Positions 42,386 through 52,345 of a stretch of 64,000 nt of DNA are shown piece after piece. The position numbers and the translations under genes are program-made. Source of the stretch: Acidobacteriota bacterium. GTDB taxonomy: Bacteria; Acidobacteriota; Vicinamibacteria; Vicinamibacterales; UBA2999. Under the pieces are notes generated by a model that was given only the letters and a program-made list of their open reading frames with translations, was not told the DNA's origin and did no database searches. The stretch is taken from contig JANNIB010000346.1 in assembly GCA_031404695.1 (NCBI GenBank), positions 155-64,154 of the forward strand. Reading direction: 5' to 3'. How positions within the stretch are numbered: the first letter of the stretch is position 1; each line of letters opens with the position of its first letter.

Positions 42386-44524
42386 CTACTGGTGACGCAG
42401 CAGCCGCATCGCGTTGGCGACGACCAGCACCGACGCGCCGGTGTCGGCGACCACGGCCATCCACAGCGTCGACATGCCGAAGACCGCGAGCACCAGCACC
42501 CCCACCTTCAGGCCCAGTGAGATGGCGATGTTCACCCGCACGTTTGCCAGCGTGGCGCGGCTCAGGCGGATGGCGTAGGGCAGCTTCTGCAGTTCGTCGG
42601 ACATGAGGGCGACGTCGGCGGCTTCGAGTGCGGCCGCCGATCCCACGGCGCCCATCGCCACACCGACATCGGCCGCGGCGAGTGCCGGTGCGTCGTTGAC
42701 GCCGTCGCCGACCATCGCCACCGGGCCGTAGGCGGCGCGCAGCGCCTTCACGGCGGCCAGCTTCTCCCCGGGCAGCAGTCCGGCTCGCACGTCGGTCACG
42801 CCGGTGATCGCGGCCAAAGCGACGGCCGAAGCGGCGGTGTCGCCGGTGAGCAGCGCCACGTGCGAGATGCCCTGGCCCTTCAGCAGCCGCACGACATCGG
42901 CGGCAACCGCGCGCGGGCGATCGGCTACGCCGATGGCCAGCTGCACCACGCCGTCGATGGCCACGAACACCGCCGTCTCACCGCGGGCGCCGAAGTCACT
43001 GGCAATCGCTGTCGTATCGGTCGTGACGTCGCGTTCACGCAGCAGGGCGGGATTCCCCACGAGCACGTGGCGGCCGCGCCAGCGGCCCTCGGCGCCGCGG
43101 CCCGGCAGGTCGCGCACATCCTCGGCGCCCTGCAGGGCCAGCGTCCGCGCCCGCGCCGCCTCCACGATCGCGTCGGCGATCGGATGCGCCGAGCGCTGCT
43201 CGATGGCGGCGGCCGCGGTCAGCGCCTCGGCCTGGTCGGCCCCGCCCATCGCCAGAATCGAGACCACCTGCGGCTCACCGGTGGTGAGCGTGCCGGTCTT
43301 GTCGAACGCCACGACCTTCACGCCGGCGAGGCGCTCGAGATGGGCGCCGCCCTTGATGAGCACGCCGCGTTTGGCCGCCGTGGCCAGCGCTGCCACGATG
43401 GAGACCGGCGTCGAGATGACCAGCGCACACGGGCACGCCACGACCAGCAGCACCAGGGCGCGGTAGGCCCACTCGGCCGCGCTGCCACCGAGCGCTACCA
43501 CCGGCACGAGGAACACGGCCAGCGCACCGGCGACCACGGCGGGCGTGTACCAGCGCGCGAACCGATCGATGAACTGCTGCGCCGGCGCCCGTTCGGCCTG
43601 GGCGGCTTCGACCAGATGCACGATGCGGGCGAGCGTCGTATCCCGCACCGCCCTCGTCACGCGCACGTCGAGCGCGCCCTGTCCGTTGATGGTGCCGGCG
43701 AACACCTCGTCGCCGACGCCGCGCGCCACCGGCAGCGACTCGCCGGTGATGGGCGCCTGATTGAGGTCCGACACGCCGGCCACGACGACCCCGTCGAGCG
43801 GCACTTTCTGTCCGGGCGCCACGATGATGATGGCGCCGGGCAGCACCAGATCGACGGCGGTGTCGTGTTCGTGATCGCCGTGCCTGACGCGGGCTTCGGT
43901 GGGCGCCAGCGTCATGACGCCGCGAATCGCGCGGCGCGCCCGCTCCATCGTGCGTACCTCGAGCCACTGCGACACGGCGAACAGCCAGATGACGGTCGCC
44001 GCCTCCGCCCAGTCACCGAGCACGAGCGCGCCGGTCACGGCGATGAGCATCAGCACGTGGATGTCGAGGACGCGGCGGCCGAGCGAGGCCAGGCCCTTCC
44101 TTGCCGGCTGTCGGCCGGCGAGGAGCACGGCCGCCGCGAAGAGCGGCCAGCCCCAGCGCGGATCTGCCGCCACGAACTGCACGGCTAGACCGCCCGCCAC
44201 CGCCACGCCGGCCGCGGCGAGCGGCCAGGTGGACGCGTCGGAGGACGGCGTCTCGATCGGCCGTTCGTGTTCCAGCCACGCCTTCATGCCGGTTTCGGCC
44301 ACCGCGTCGGCAATCGCCGCCGCCGTCACCACCGCCGCGTCATACGAGACGCGCATCTTCTGCCCCATCACGTCGACGTTCAGGGCTTCGACCCCGGCCA
44401 GCGGCGTGAGACGGCGCTCGAGAATCAGCGCTTCCTCGGCGCAGTCCATACCGGCGACGCGGAACACCGACTCTGCGTGCAGTGCGCACTTCGAGCAGAC
44501 GGGAGCAGCCACGGCCGTGGTCAC
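42386..44524 (-). CDS. Heavy-metal translocating P1B-type ATPase (Zn/Cd/Co-type)
   Basis: HMA-like FRVAGMDCAEEALILERRL, the TM CPC motif VVACPCALVISTP, DKTGTLT, SAHPIA and GDGVNDAPAL. I infer a GTG start at 44524 that overlaps the ArsR stop (GTGA). The ORF extension to 44887 overlaps the arsR-family gene. Confidence 0.9.
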   Translation of the reverse strand: MTTAVAAPVCSKCALHAESVFRVAGMDCAEEALILERRLTPLAGVEALNVDVMGQKMRVSYDAAVVTAAAIADAVAETGMKAWLEHERPIETPSSDASTWPLAAAGVAVAGGLAVQFVAADPRWGWPLFAAAVLLAGRQPARKGLASLGRRVLDIHVLMLIAVTGALVLGDWAEAATVIWLFAVSQWLEVRTMERARRAIRGVMTLAPTEARVRHGDHEHDTAVDLVLPGAIIIVAPGQKVPLDGVVVAGVSDLNQAPITGESLPVARGVGDEVFAGTINGQGALDVRVTRAVRDTTLARIVHLVEAAQAERAPAQQFIDRFARWYTPAVVAGALAVFLVPVVALGGSAAEWAYRALVLLVVACPCALVISTPVSIVAALATAAKRGVLIKGGAHLERLAGVKVVAFDKTGTLTTGEPQVVSILAMGGADQAEALTAAAAIEQRSAHPIADAIVEAARARTLALQGAEDVRDLPGRGAEGRWRGRHVLVGNPALLRERDVTTDTTAIASDFGARGETAVFVAIDGVVQLAIGVADRPRAVAADVVRLLKGQGISHVALLTGDTAASAVALAAITGVTDVRAGLLPGEKLAAVKALRAAYGPVAMVGDGVNDAPALAAADVGVAMGAVGSAAALEAADVALMSDELQKLPYAIRLSRATLANVRVNIAISLGLKVGVLVLAVFGMSTLWMAVVADTGASVLVVANAMRLLRHQ

Positions 44525-44970
44525 GCCAGGCGCCTGCGCGGCTTCACGGCCGCTTCCTCGACGTGGCGCAGGCCCTGACGGAACAGTGTGACGATGTGCC
44601 GATCGTCGAGCGTGTAGAACACCATGCGACCGGCCCGCCGGCTGCGCACGAGACGCAGCGCCCGCAGCAACCGCAGTTGATGCGAGGTGGCCGACTGGCT
44701 GAGGTGGACCAGTTGCGCGAGATCGCAGACGCACAGCTCGCCGTGCGAGAGCGCGTCGAGCACGCGCACACGAGTCGGATCGCCGAGCGCCTTGAACGTC
44801 TCTGCCAACGCCTCCACCGACGAGGACGCGATGAGGGCCTGGCGCAGGCGCGCCACGCGCGCCGGGTCGATATGGAAGACGTCGCACGCTTCGGCGACCG
44901 GGCCGGCCGCGGCTGAGGCGACGGCGCCGGAACGCGAGGGGCGCGGCCTGATATCTGAGCGAGTGCTCAT
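44521..44970 (-). CDS. ArsR/SmtB-family metalloregulatory repressor
   Basis: LGDPTRVRVLDALSHGELCVCDLAQLVHLSQSATSHQLRLLR is a winged-HTH with the ELCVCDL metal-site motif. Confidence 0.9.
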   Translation of the reverse strand: MSTRSDIRPRPSRSGAVASAAAGPVAEACDVFHIDPARVARLRQALIASSSVEALAETFKALGDPTRVRVLDALSHGELCVCDLAQLVHLSQSATSHQLRLLRALRLVRSRRAGRMVFYTLDDRHIVTLFRQGLRHVEEAAVKPRRRLA

Positions 44971-45004
44971 ACGTTCAGGATAGCAGAAGGACAGGCCCCT
45001 GCCC

Positions 45005-47491
45005 TCAAGGCGTGAGCAACTGGCGGCTCGTCGCGGCGCCGTTCACGGCGGCGCGCGAGTAGACGAGCGAGCGGTATTCTCCCTGACGCCACAGGTCGTT
45101 CTGGTCGAAGTAGTGCGGGCTCATCGGGTGGCCCGACTGGCCGGCCGGCAGCACCACCTTCGACGTGTCCCAGCTGCCCACGTCGAGCACCTGCCGCCAC
45201 GACGGGTGTTCCCACGCGGCAAAGCCCTCGAGCCGGCGGTGGCTGATGCGCATCACCGTCGTGCCATCGCCGGAGACCGGCACCGGACCACGGCTGAAGA
45301 ACCAGTTGAACAGGCGACCGCCGTCGGCGAGCGGATGGCGGAAGCGCGCGCCATGCACCTGGTCCCACCCGCGCGCGCCACTGGCCCACTGCTCGACGTC
45401 GGCCGCCGCGTCTGTGGCCGCCAGCAGGAAGATGTCGTCGCGTGACTCGCGGCGATCGACGGTGCCGATGTCGTCCCACCAGCGCGCGGTGGCGTCATCG
45501 AGCATGGAATAGAGGCCGGCGGCGCGTTCGGCGCCCGCCCACTGGTAGTAGCGGCGGAAGAGGTCGGCGGGCAGTTCGTCGGCGAAGGCGCGGTGCCACA
45601 GGCGGTTCTCGAACGCGGCGAAGAGGGCCGGCACCTCGCCGTCATCGACCACGAAGTTCCAGCCGCGGAGCCGTTCGAGCAGCGCCGCGCCGCGGGGTTC
45701 TGCGCTGGTCTGCTTCGCGCGTGCCAGCGCGCCTTCGAGGCCCTGGAGCACATCGCGGGCCGCGCCGCTCTCGCGATCGAGCTGCAGGGTCGTCGAGGCC
45801 GTCACGTCGAGCTTCTCGGCGGCAGTCAACACGTCGGTGACCCGGGCGGCCCGGTGCGCGCCCATCCAGTCGCGCGTGATGAAGGGACTGTCGCCGCGCA
45901 CCACGGGGTTGTTGGTCGTCGCGAGAAAGCCGCGCGCCGGGTTGAAGAGCCGCGGCAAGGCGCCGGCGCCGCCAATTGGCGAGCCACGGCCCGACGCGCC
46001 CACCGGGACCGGACGGGCGCCGTCGCTGCCGGCGCGCGCCGGCAACTGTCCCGTCATCAGGTAGCCGATGTTGCCGTCGATGTCGGCATAGAGGGTATTG
46101 AGCGAGATCGCCGACAAGCCGTCGAACGCCGCCTGGAAGTCGCTCCAGTTCCCGGCCCTGTTGACCGCTTCGAAGCCGTCGCCGTAGCCGCCATCGAAGC
46201 CTTCCCAGCGCAGCACGAGCGCCCGCTGCTGCCCGGTGCGCGGCACGTCCGCGGTGAGCCACGAGGGCGCCGATTCCCACTCGAGCGACTCGTCGGCGTA
46301 GACCACGCCTTGTGGCGTCTTCCACACCTCGAACGGCACCGGCGTCGATCGCCCCTTCACGGGAATCGGCTGCGTCTCCACGGTCACCGGCTCCCAGCCC
46401 TGCGGGCCCTGCACGCGCTGGCCGGCCAGATCGAAGGTCTGCACGACGAAGTCCTGCACGTCGGCGCCGGTGTTGGTGATGCCCCAGGCGATGCGGGCGT
46501 TGTGGCCGATGGCGACAAACGGCGTGCCCGGCACGGTCACGCCCTGCACGTCGAGTCCGGCGGCCACCAGGTGCAGCTCGTACCACACCGCCGGCATCTC
46601 GATGATGAGATGGGGGTCGTTGGCGAGGATGGGCCGGCCGGTGGCGGTGCGCGATCCGGCGACCACCCAGGCATTGCTGTTCCCGCGCGGCGCGGCAGGG
46701 TCGAGCCAGGCGAGCGCGGGCGGATAGGGTGAGGCGGACCGGGCCAGGAGTGACGGCGACGGCACGGCCGGCGGCGGAATCGGTGCGGGCGGCGGCGGCG
46801 CTGCCGGCGGCGGCGCCGGAGGCGGCTGGGTCTCGGCCAACTCGCCGAGCACCGTCGGCGCGGCGGCGGGATAGCGGCCGGTCAGGTCGTCGGCCGCCGT
46901 TTGCCCGAGCGCGCGCGTAAGGGCATGACGGACCAGCTCGGCCCCCTGGTTCTCGGCCAGGCGGAAAGCCAGCAGGCGCCCGATGGCCAGCGAGTCTTCC
47001 GGAGTCCACGGCGCCGGCGCCACGCCCAGCAACTGGAACTCGAGCGGCCGCTGGCGGCCCGGCCGGGTCGCGGCGGCGGCATTCACGCCTTCGGCATAGC
47101 GCGTCAGCGCAGTGCGCGCGGCGGGGCCGAGCCGGGCCAGTTCCGCCTGAGCCGCAGCACGGATGCCGAGCGTGAGCATCCGGCGATCGATGGCCAGGGT
47201 GGCCTCGCCGAATACTTCCGACAGCCGGCCGGAGGCCGCCCGCCGGTACAACTCCATCTGCCAGAAACGGTCGCGGGCGTGCAGGGCGCCGGCCACGAAC
47301 CAGGCATCGCCGGTGTCACGCGCGTAGACGTGCGGCACGCCGAAGCCGTCGTGCAGCACTTCCACCGGACCACCCAGACCAGACAGGCGCCACTCGCCGT
47401 CCAAGGGGGGAATGGACTGCCGGGCCCACCACCAGGCGCCCCCGCCGGCCACGATGACGAGCAGGAATATCGCGATGAAAAGCCGCTTCAC
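45005..47491 (-). CDS. Penicillin/AHL-acylase family Ntn-hydrolase (peptidase S45)
   Basis: (V)KRLFIAIFLLVIVAGGG; DRFWQMELYRR; the catalytic N-terminal nucleophile context GNSNAWVVAG follows a Pro-rich spacer. The start is a GTG at 47491. Confidence 0.9.
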   Translation of the reverse strand: MKRLFIAIFLLVIVAGGGAWWWARQSIPPLDGEWRLSGLGGPVEVLHDGFGVPHVYARDTGDAWFVAGALHARDRFWQMELYRRAASGRLSEVFGEATLAIDRRMLTLGIRAAAQAELARLGPAARTALTRYAEGVNAAAATRPGRQRPLEFQLLGVAPAPWTPEDSLAIGRLLAFRLAENQGAELVRHALTRALGQTAADDLTGRYPAAAPTVLGELAETQPPPAPPPAAPPPPAPIPPPAVPSPSLLARSASPYPPALAWLDPAAPRGNSNAWVVAGSRTATGRPILANDPHLIIEMPAVWYELHLVAAGLDVQGVTVPGTPFVAIGHNARIAWGITNTGADVQDFVVQTFDLAGQRVQGPQGWEPVTVETQPIPVKGRSTPVPFEVWKTPQGVVYADESLEWESAPSWLTADVPRTGQQRALVLRWEGFDGGYGDGFEAVNRAGNWSDFQAAFDGLSAISLNTLYADIDGNIGYLMTGQLPARAGSDGARPVPVGASGRGSPIGGAGALPRLFNPARGFLATTNNPVVRGDSPFITRDWMGAHRAARVTDVLTAAEKLDVTASTTLQLDRESGAARDVLQGLEGALARAKQTSAEPRGAALLERLRGWNFVVDDGEVPALFAAFENRLWHRAFADELPADLFRRYYQWAGAERAAGLYSMLDDATARWWDDIGTVDRRESRDDIFLLAATDAAADVEQWASGARGWDQVHGARFRHPLADGGRLFNWFFSRGPVPVSGDGTTVMRISHRRLEGFAAWEHPSWRQVLDVGSWDTSKVVLPAGQSGHPMSPHYFDQNDLWRQGEYRSLVYSRAAVNGAATSRQLLTP

Positions 47492-47638
47492 AGACCTCCT
47501 CGGCGATGCGCCCGACGCTTGCCCGGCATGGTCGGTTCGACTAAGATCAAGGGCTGTCAGAGCTCAGCTTTGACCCGTCTAGAGCTTACAGGTTAGACGA
47601 GAACGACTTCAAAGACACTCAGCCGGAGGAGAAACACC

Positions 47639-48622
47639 GTGATCGAGGTGCAGCACCTCAGCAAGCGCTACGGTCCGTTCACGGCCGTCGACGACGTCAG
47701 CTTCAGCGTCGGGGTCGGTGAAATTCTGGGCTTTCTCGGTCCAAACGGCGCCGGCAAGACGACGACGATGCGGATCATCACCGGCTACATGCCTGCCTCG
47801 GAAGGCACGGTGACGGTAGCCGGCCACGACGTCTTCAGCGATTCCATCGCCGCCAAGAAGCGTACCGGCTACCTGCCCGAGACGCCGCCGCTCTATCCGG
47901 ACATGACGGTCCGCGACTACGTGACGTTCGTCGCCCGCATCAAGGGCGTGCCGTCGCGCGAAGTCCGCGCCCGCGTCGACGACGTCATGAAGAAGACGCA
48001 CATCGACGACATGGCGTCGCGGCACTGCGGCAAGCTCTCGAAAGGCTACAAGCAGCGCGTCGGCCTGGCCCAGGCGCTCATCCACAATCCCGACGTGCTG
48101 GTGCTCGACGAGCCCACCGCCGGCCTCGATCCGAAGCAGATCATCGAGGCGCGGCAGCTCATCACCGAACTGGGCGGCAACCACACGGTGGTGCTCAGCA
48201 CGCACATCCTTCCCGAGGTCTCGCAGACCTGCAACCGGGTCGTGATCATCGCCCGCGGCAAGGTGGTGGCGGTGGACACGCCGGCCAACCTCACCGCCCG
48301 CCTGCGCGGCAGCGAGACGATGTTCCTCCAGGTGGTCGCGCCCGGATCCGACGTCGCTCCGGTGCTGTCGGCGATTGCCGGCGTCACCCGCGTCAAGGCC
48401 GACGTGGCCGAGGGCGGGCTCACCTCGATCGAGATCGACAGCGAGCAGGGGCGCGACGTGCGTCGCGAGCTCGCCGCCGCGGTCGTCAGTCACGGCTGGG
48501 GTCTGCTCGAACTGCGGCCGATGCGCATGAGCCTCGAGGACATCTTCCTCAGCCTCACCACCGAAGATACCGGCGCGGCGCCCGCGGTGGCCGCGCCCGA
48601 AACGGAGGTGGCCAGTGCGTAA
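47639..48622 (+). CDS. ABC transporter ATP-binding protein (ABC-2/GldA-like)
   Basis: Walker A GPNGAGKTT, signature LSKGYKQR, Walker B VLVLDEP. The GTG start is preceded by GGAGGAG. Confidence 0.9.
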   Translation: MIEVQHLSKRYGPFTAVDDVSFSVGVGEILGFLGPNGAGKTTTMRIITGYMPASEGTVTVAGHDVFSDSIAAKKRTGYLPETPPLYPDMTVRDYVTFVARIKGVPSREVRARVDDVMKKTHIDDMASRHCGKLSKGYKQRVGLAQALIHNPDVLVLDEPTAGLDPKQIIEARQLITELGGNHTVVLSTHILPEVSQTCNRVVIIARGKVVAVDTPANLTARLRGSETMFLQVVAPGSDVAPVLSAIAGVTRVKADVAEGGLTSIEIDSEQGRDVRRELAAAVVSHGWGLLELRPMRMSLEDIFLSLTTEDTGAAPAVAAPETEVASA

Positions 48623-49379
48623 CGTCGTCACCATCGCCCGCAAGGAACTGCAGGGCTACTTCGCGTCGCCGATTGCGTATGTCGTCATCGGCTTCTTCGC
48701 GCTGCTGTTCGGCTACTTCTTCTACACGTTCCTCTACTTCTTCGAGCGCCAGAGCATGCAGATGGCGCCGGGAGCCGGCGGCGCGCTCAACGTCAACCAG
48801 GCGCTCATCGGCCCGGCGTTCATGAACGTCAGCGTCATCGTGCTGTTCGTGATGCCGATGATCACGATGCGCAGCTACGCGGAAGAGAAGCGCTCCGGCA
48901 CGATGGAGCTGCTGCTCACCTCACCCCTCACCGACGTGCAGATCATCCTCGGCAAGTTCTTCGGTGCCCTGGCCCTGTATGCGGTGATGCTCGGCGTGAC
49001 CATCATCCACATCGCGGTGCTCTTCGCTTACGGCAGTCCCGAGTGGAAGCCGGTGGCGACCGGCTATCTCGGGCTGCTGCTCATGGGCTCGTGTTTCATC
49101 TCGGCGGGCCTGTTCATCTCGAGCCTGACGAAGAACCAGATCGTGGCCGGCATGGTGTCGTTTGCGGTCTTCCTCATGCTGTGGGTCATCAACTGGCTCG
49201 GGCAGTCGATGGGGCCAACCGGCCAGGCGATCGTCACGCACCTGTCGATCACCGACCATCTCGACGACTTCGCCCGCGGCATCATCGACACGAAACATCT
49301 GGTCTACTACGTGAGTTTCATCGTGTTCGGACTCTTCCTCACGGCCAAGTCCGTGGACAGCGAACGGTGGCGGGGCTGA
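48615..49379 (+). CDS. ABC-2 type transporter permease (GldF-like)
   Basis: RKELQGYFASPIAYVVIGFFALLFGYFF and six hydrophobic segments. It overlaps the ATPase gene by 8 nt. Confidence 0.85.
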   Translation: MRNVVTIARKELQGYFASPIAYVVIGFFALLFGYFFYTFLYFFERQSMQMAPGAGGALNVNQALIGPAFMNVSVIVLFVMPMITMRSYAEEKRSGTMELLLTSPLTDVQIILGKFFGALALYAVMLGVTIIHIAVLFAYGSPEWKPVATGYLGLLLMGSCFISAGLFISSLTKNQIVAGMVSFAVFLMLWVINWLGQSMGPTGQAIVTHLSITDHLDDFARGIIDTKHLVYYVSFIVFGLFLTAKSVDSERWRG

Positions 49380-49381
49380 TC

Positions 49382-50962
49382 ATGGCGAAGATTGCGGCAA
49401 TCATCGGCTGGGTCGGCACGGCCCTCGTGGTCGTGGCTCTCGGGCTCCGCTTCCTCAAGCCGGAACTCGATGTCTATCGCACCTATACGGCGTGGGCCGG
49501 ACTGGCGTGCATCCTCGTCTACCTGCTGGCCCAGTGGCGCGAGTCGTCCACCGGCGCCAGCGCCCGCTCGACGAAGATGGGCACCATGTCGGTGGTCAGC
49601 ATCCTCGCGATGCTGGCGATTCTGGTCGCCGTCAACTACCTCGGCGTGCGGCAGAACAGGCGCTGGGATCTCACGGCCAACCAGGCCTTCAGCCTCTCGG
49701 AGCAGACGCTGAAGGTGCTGCAGGGCCTCGATGCACCGGCGAAGATCACCGTCTACGACCTCACCACCGGCTTCGACCGCATCAAGGACCGGCTCGAGGA
49801 GTACGCCTACCAGAGCAAGCAGCTCACCGTCGACTACGTGGACATGGACCGCGAGCCCGCCAAGACCAAGGCGGCCAACGTCACCACGCCCGGCACGCTG
49901 GTGCTCGAATACAAGGGCCGTGTCGAGCGCATCACGCAGATCGAAGAGCAGGACATCGCCAACGCCTTCATCAAGGCGACCACCGGCCAGGAGCGGAAGG
50001 TCTACTTCACGCAGGGCCACGGCGAGAAGGACCCGGCCAGCAGCGAGCGCACCGGCTACAACGCGGTCGCCGATTCGCTCAAGGGCGACAACTACGGCTT
50101 CGAAAAGCTGGTGATCGCGCAGACCTCCGCGGTGCCCGACGGCGCGACGGCGGTCATCATCGCCGGCCCGGTGACCGACTTCTTCCCGGGCGAAATCGAC
50201 GCCCTCAAGAAGTACCTGGCGAAGGGCGGCACGCTGTTCGCAATGCTCGATCCGGCGGAAAAGTCCGGCGACGGCACGCTGCCGAACCTCACCGGCCTGC
50301 TCAAGGAATGGGGCATCGAGGTCGGCAACGACGTCGTCGTCGACGCCTCCGGCGTCGGACAGATGTTCGGGGCGGGCCCGACCGTGCCGGTGGCCGCCAG
50401 CTACCCGGCGCATCCGATCACCGACCGCTTCAACCTGATGACGGCCTATCCGCTGGCCCGCTCGCTCACCGTCGCGACGGTCGAGGGCCGGTCGCCGCAG
50501 TCGATCATCGAGACCAGCGATCGCAGCTGGGCCGAGAAGGACATCGACGGCCTGGTGGCCGGCACCGAGGTGTCGCTCGACGCGACGTCTGGCGACCGTC
50601 AGGGCCCGATCTCGCTCGCGGTGGCGGTGTCTGGCGCCGCCACGGACGCGCCGGCCGCACCGGCACCGGCCGCCGGCACCGAAGCGCCACCCAAGGCCGA
50701 GACCCGCATCGTGGTGATGGGCGATTCGGACTTCGCCGCCAATGCCGGCCTTGGCATTCAGGGCAACCGTGACCTCTTCATGAACACCCTCGGGTGGCTC
50801 TCGCAGCAGGAAGGCCTCATCGCCGTGCGTCCCAAGGCGCCCGAAGACCGGCGCCTCACGATGACGGCCGACCAGGTCTATCAGGTCATGCTCCTCTCGA
50901 TCTTCCTCATCCCCGCGGCGATCTTCGGCCTCGGGATCTACACCTGGTGGCGGAGGCGGTAG
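49382..50962 (+). CDS. GldG-like ABC transporter accessory protein
   Basis: MAKIAAIIGWVGTALVVVALG.., WDLTANQAFSLSEQT, YFTQGHGE, a large periplasmic domain and a C-terminal TM segment. It starts 3 nt after the permease stop. Confidence 0.8.
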   Translation: MAKIAAIIGWVGTALVVVALGLRFLKPELDVYRTYTAWAGLACILVYLLAQWRESSTGASARSTKMGTMSVVSILAMLAILVAVNYLGVRQNRRWDLTANQAFSLSEQTLKVLQGLDAPAKITVYDLTTGFDRIKDRLEEYAYQSKQLTVDYVDMDREPAKTKAANVTTPGTLVLEYKGRVERITQIEEQDIANAFIKATTGQERKVYFTQGHGEKDPASSERTGYNAVADSLKGDNYGFEKLVIAQTSAVPDGATAVIIAGPVTDFFPGEIDALKKYLAKGGTLFAMLDPAEKSGDGTLPNLTGLLKEWGIEVGNDVVVDASGVGQMFGAGPTVPVAASYPAHPITDRFNLMTAYPLARSLTVATVEGRSPQSIIETSDRSWAEKDIDGLVAGTEVSLDATSGDRQGPISLAVAVSGAATDAPAAPAPAAGTEAPPKAETRIVVMGDSDFAANAGLGIQGNRDLFMNTLGWLSQQEGLIAVRPKAPEDRRLTMTADQVYQVMLLSIFLIPAAIFGLGIYTWWRRR

Positions 50963-52345
50963 ATGAAAGGGCTGTGGTCGACGCTGGCGCTCGTGGTCGT
51001 GGCCTCGGGGCTCGGCGCATACATCTACTTCGTCGATGCGGAGCGGCCCGAGACCGAACTGAAGGCGAAGGTCTTCAGCGTGGCCGCCGACGACATCGAG
51101 GAACTGCGCGTCACCGCCAAGGGTGACACCTCGGTGCTGAAGAAGACCGACGGCAAATGGATGCTGGTCGAGCCGGTCGCCACCGACGCCGACCAGAATG
51201 AGGTCACCGCGCTCGTCGGCGGCCTGACCTCGCTCGAGATCACCCGCGAGGTCGATCCGAAGGCCGCCAACCTCGCGGAATACGGGTTGACGGCGCCCAA
51301 GTCCGACATCTCCTTCACGGCGAAAGGCGGCGTGACGGGCCGCGTGCGCCTCGGCGATCAGACGCCGGCCGGCAGCGACCTCTACGCGGTGCAGGGCGAC
51401 GACGGGCGCGTGTTCCTGGTCGCGACCTTCGTCGAGACGAGCCTCGCGCGCTCGGCCTTCGAGCTGCGCGACAAGCGGGTGCTGCGCTTCGAGCGCGATA
51501 AGGCCGACGGCCTCGAGATCACGGCCGACGGCCGCGTGCCGGTGACCTTCACGCGGGCGAACTCCGACTGGCGGGTGACGGCGCCGGTGAACGCCCGTGG
51601 CGACTACGGCGCCATCGAGGGTCTGCTCACGCGCCTGTCGACCACGATGATGTCGGGCATCGAGACCACCGACCTGACCGACCTGAAGAAGTACGGCCTC
51701 GACCAGCCGTCGTCGTCGATCGTCATCAAGGCCGGCTCGACCACCGCCACGCTCGCCGTGGGCACCTCGGTCGAGGGCAAGGCCTACGCGCGTGACATGG
51801 CGCGGCCGATGGTCTTCACGGTCGATCCGGCGTTTGCCACCGAGCTGCTCAAGGATGCCGGCGAATACCGGAAGAAGGAGCTGTTCGAGTTCCGCGCCTT
51901 CTCAGCCAAGTCGCTCGTCATCAACCGCGGCGCCGATACGGTCACCTTCACGAAAGTGGCCGGCAGCGGCGACAACCCGACCGACAAGTGGACCATCGCC
52001 ACCGGCGGCGCGACGCGCGATGCCGACGCGGCCAAGATGGACGACCTGCTCGCCAAGCTCTCGAACCTGCGCGCCGACATCTTCGTGGCGGCGGCGCCGG
52101 CGGCGGCGGCGACGCCGGCGGTGAAGATCACGGCGGCGTTCGACGAGAACAAGAAGGAAGACGCCAGCATCGGACGCGATGGCGCCGACGCCTACGGCAC
52201 GAGGCCCGACGAAGCCGGCGCGATGAAACTCACCGGCAGCGCCGTGGACGAAGCATTGAAGGCCCTGGATGAGGTGCTCGCGCCGCCGGCGCCGGCCACC
52301 ACGGCTGCTCCGCCTGCGGGCACGCCGCCCGAGAAGAAACAATGA
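50963..52345 (+). CDS. DUF4340-like protein (N-terminal anchor, commonly follows gldG-like genes)
   Basis: MKGLWSTLALVVVASGLGAYIYF, then repeated modules. It starts immediately after the gldG-like stop. The family assignment is from memory of this gene neighbourhood. Confidence 0.6.
   Translation: MKGLWSTLALVVVASGLGAYIYFVDAERPETELKAKVFSVAADDIEELRVTAKGDTSVLKKTDGKWMLVEPVATDADQNEVTALVGGLTSLEITREVDPKAANLAEYGLTAPKSDISFTAKGGVTGRVRLGDQTPAGSDLYAVQGDDGRVFLVATFVETSLARSAFELRDKRVLRFERDKADGLEITADGRVPVTFTRANSDWRVTAPVNARGDYGAIEGLLTRLSTTMMSGIETTDLTDLKKYGLDQPSSSIVIKAGSTTATLAVGTSVEGKAYARDMARPMVFTVDPAFATELLKDAGEYRKKELFEFRAFSAKSLVINRGADTVTFTKVAGSGDNPTDKWTIATGGATRDADAAKMDDLLAKLSNLRADIFVAAAPAAAATPAVKITAAFDENKKEDASIGRDGADAYGTRPDEAGAMKLTGSAVDEALKALDEVLAPPAPATTAAPPAGTPPEKKQ

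Noticed and set aside
47525-47545. GGTCGGTTCGACTAAG resembles a tRNA T-arm (GGTTCGA).
   Set aside because: There is no complementary T-stem, acceptor stem or anticodon arm in the flanking 80 nt. It lies in a promoter-like, lower-GC spacer.
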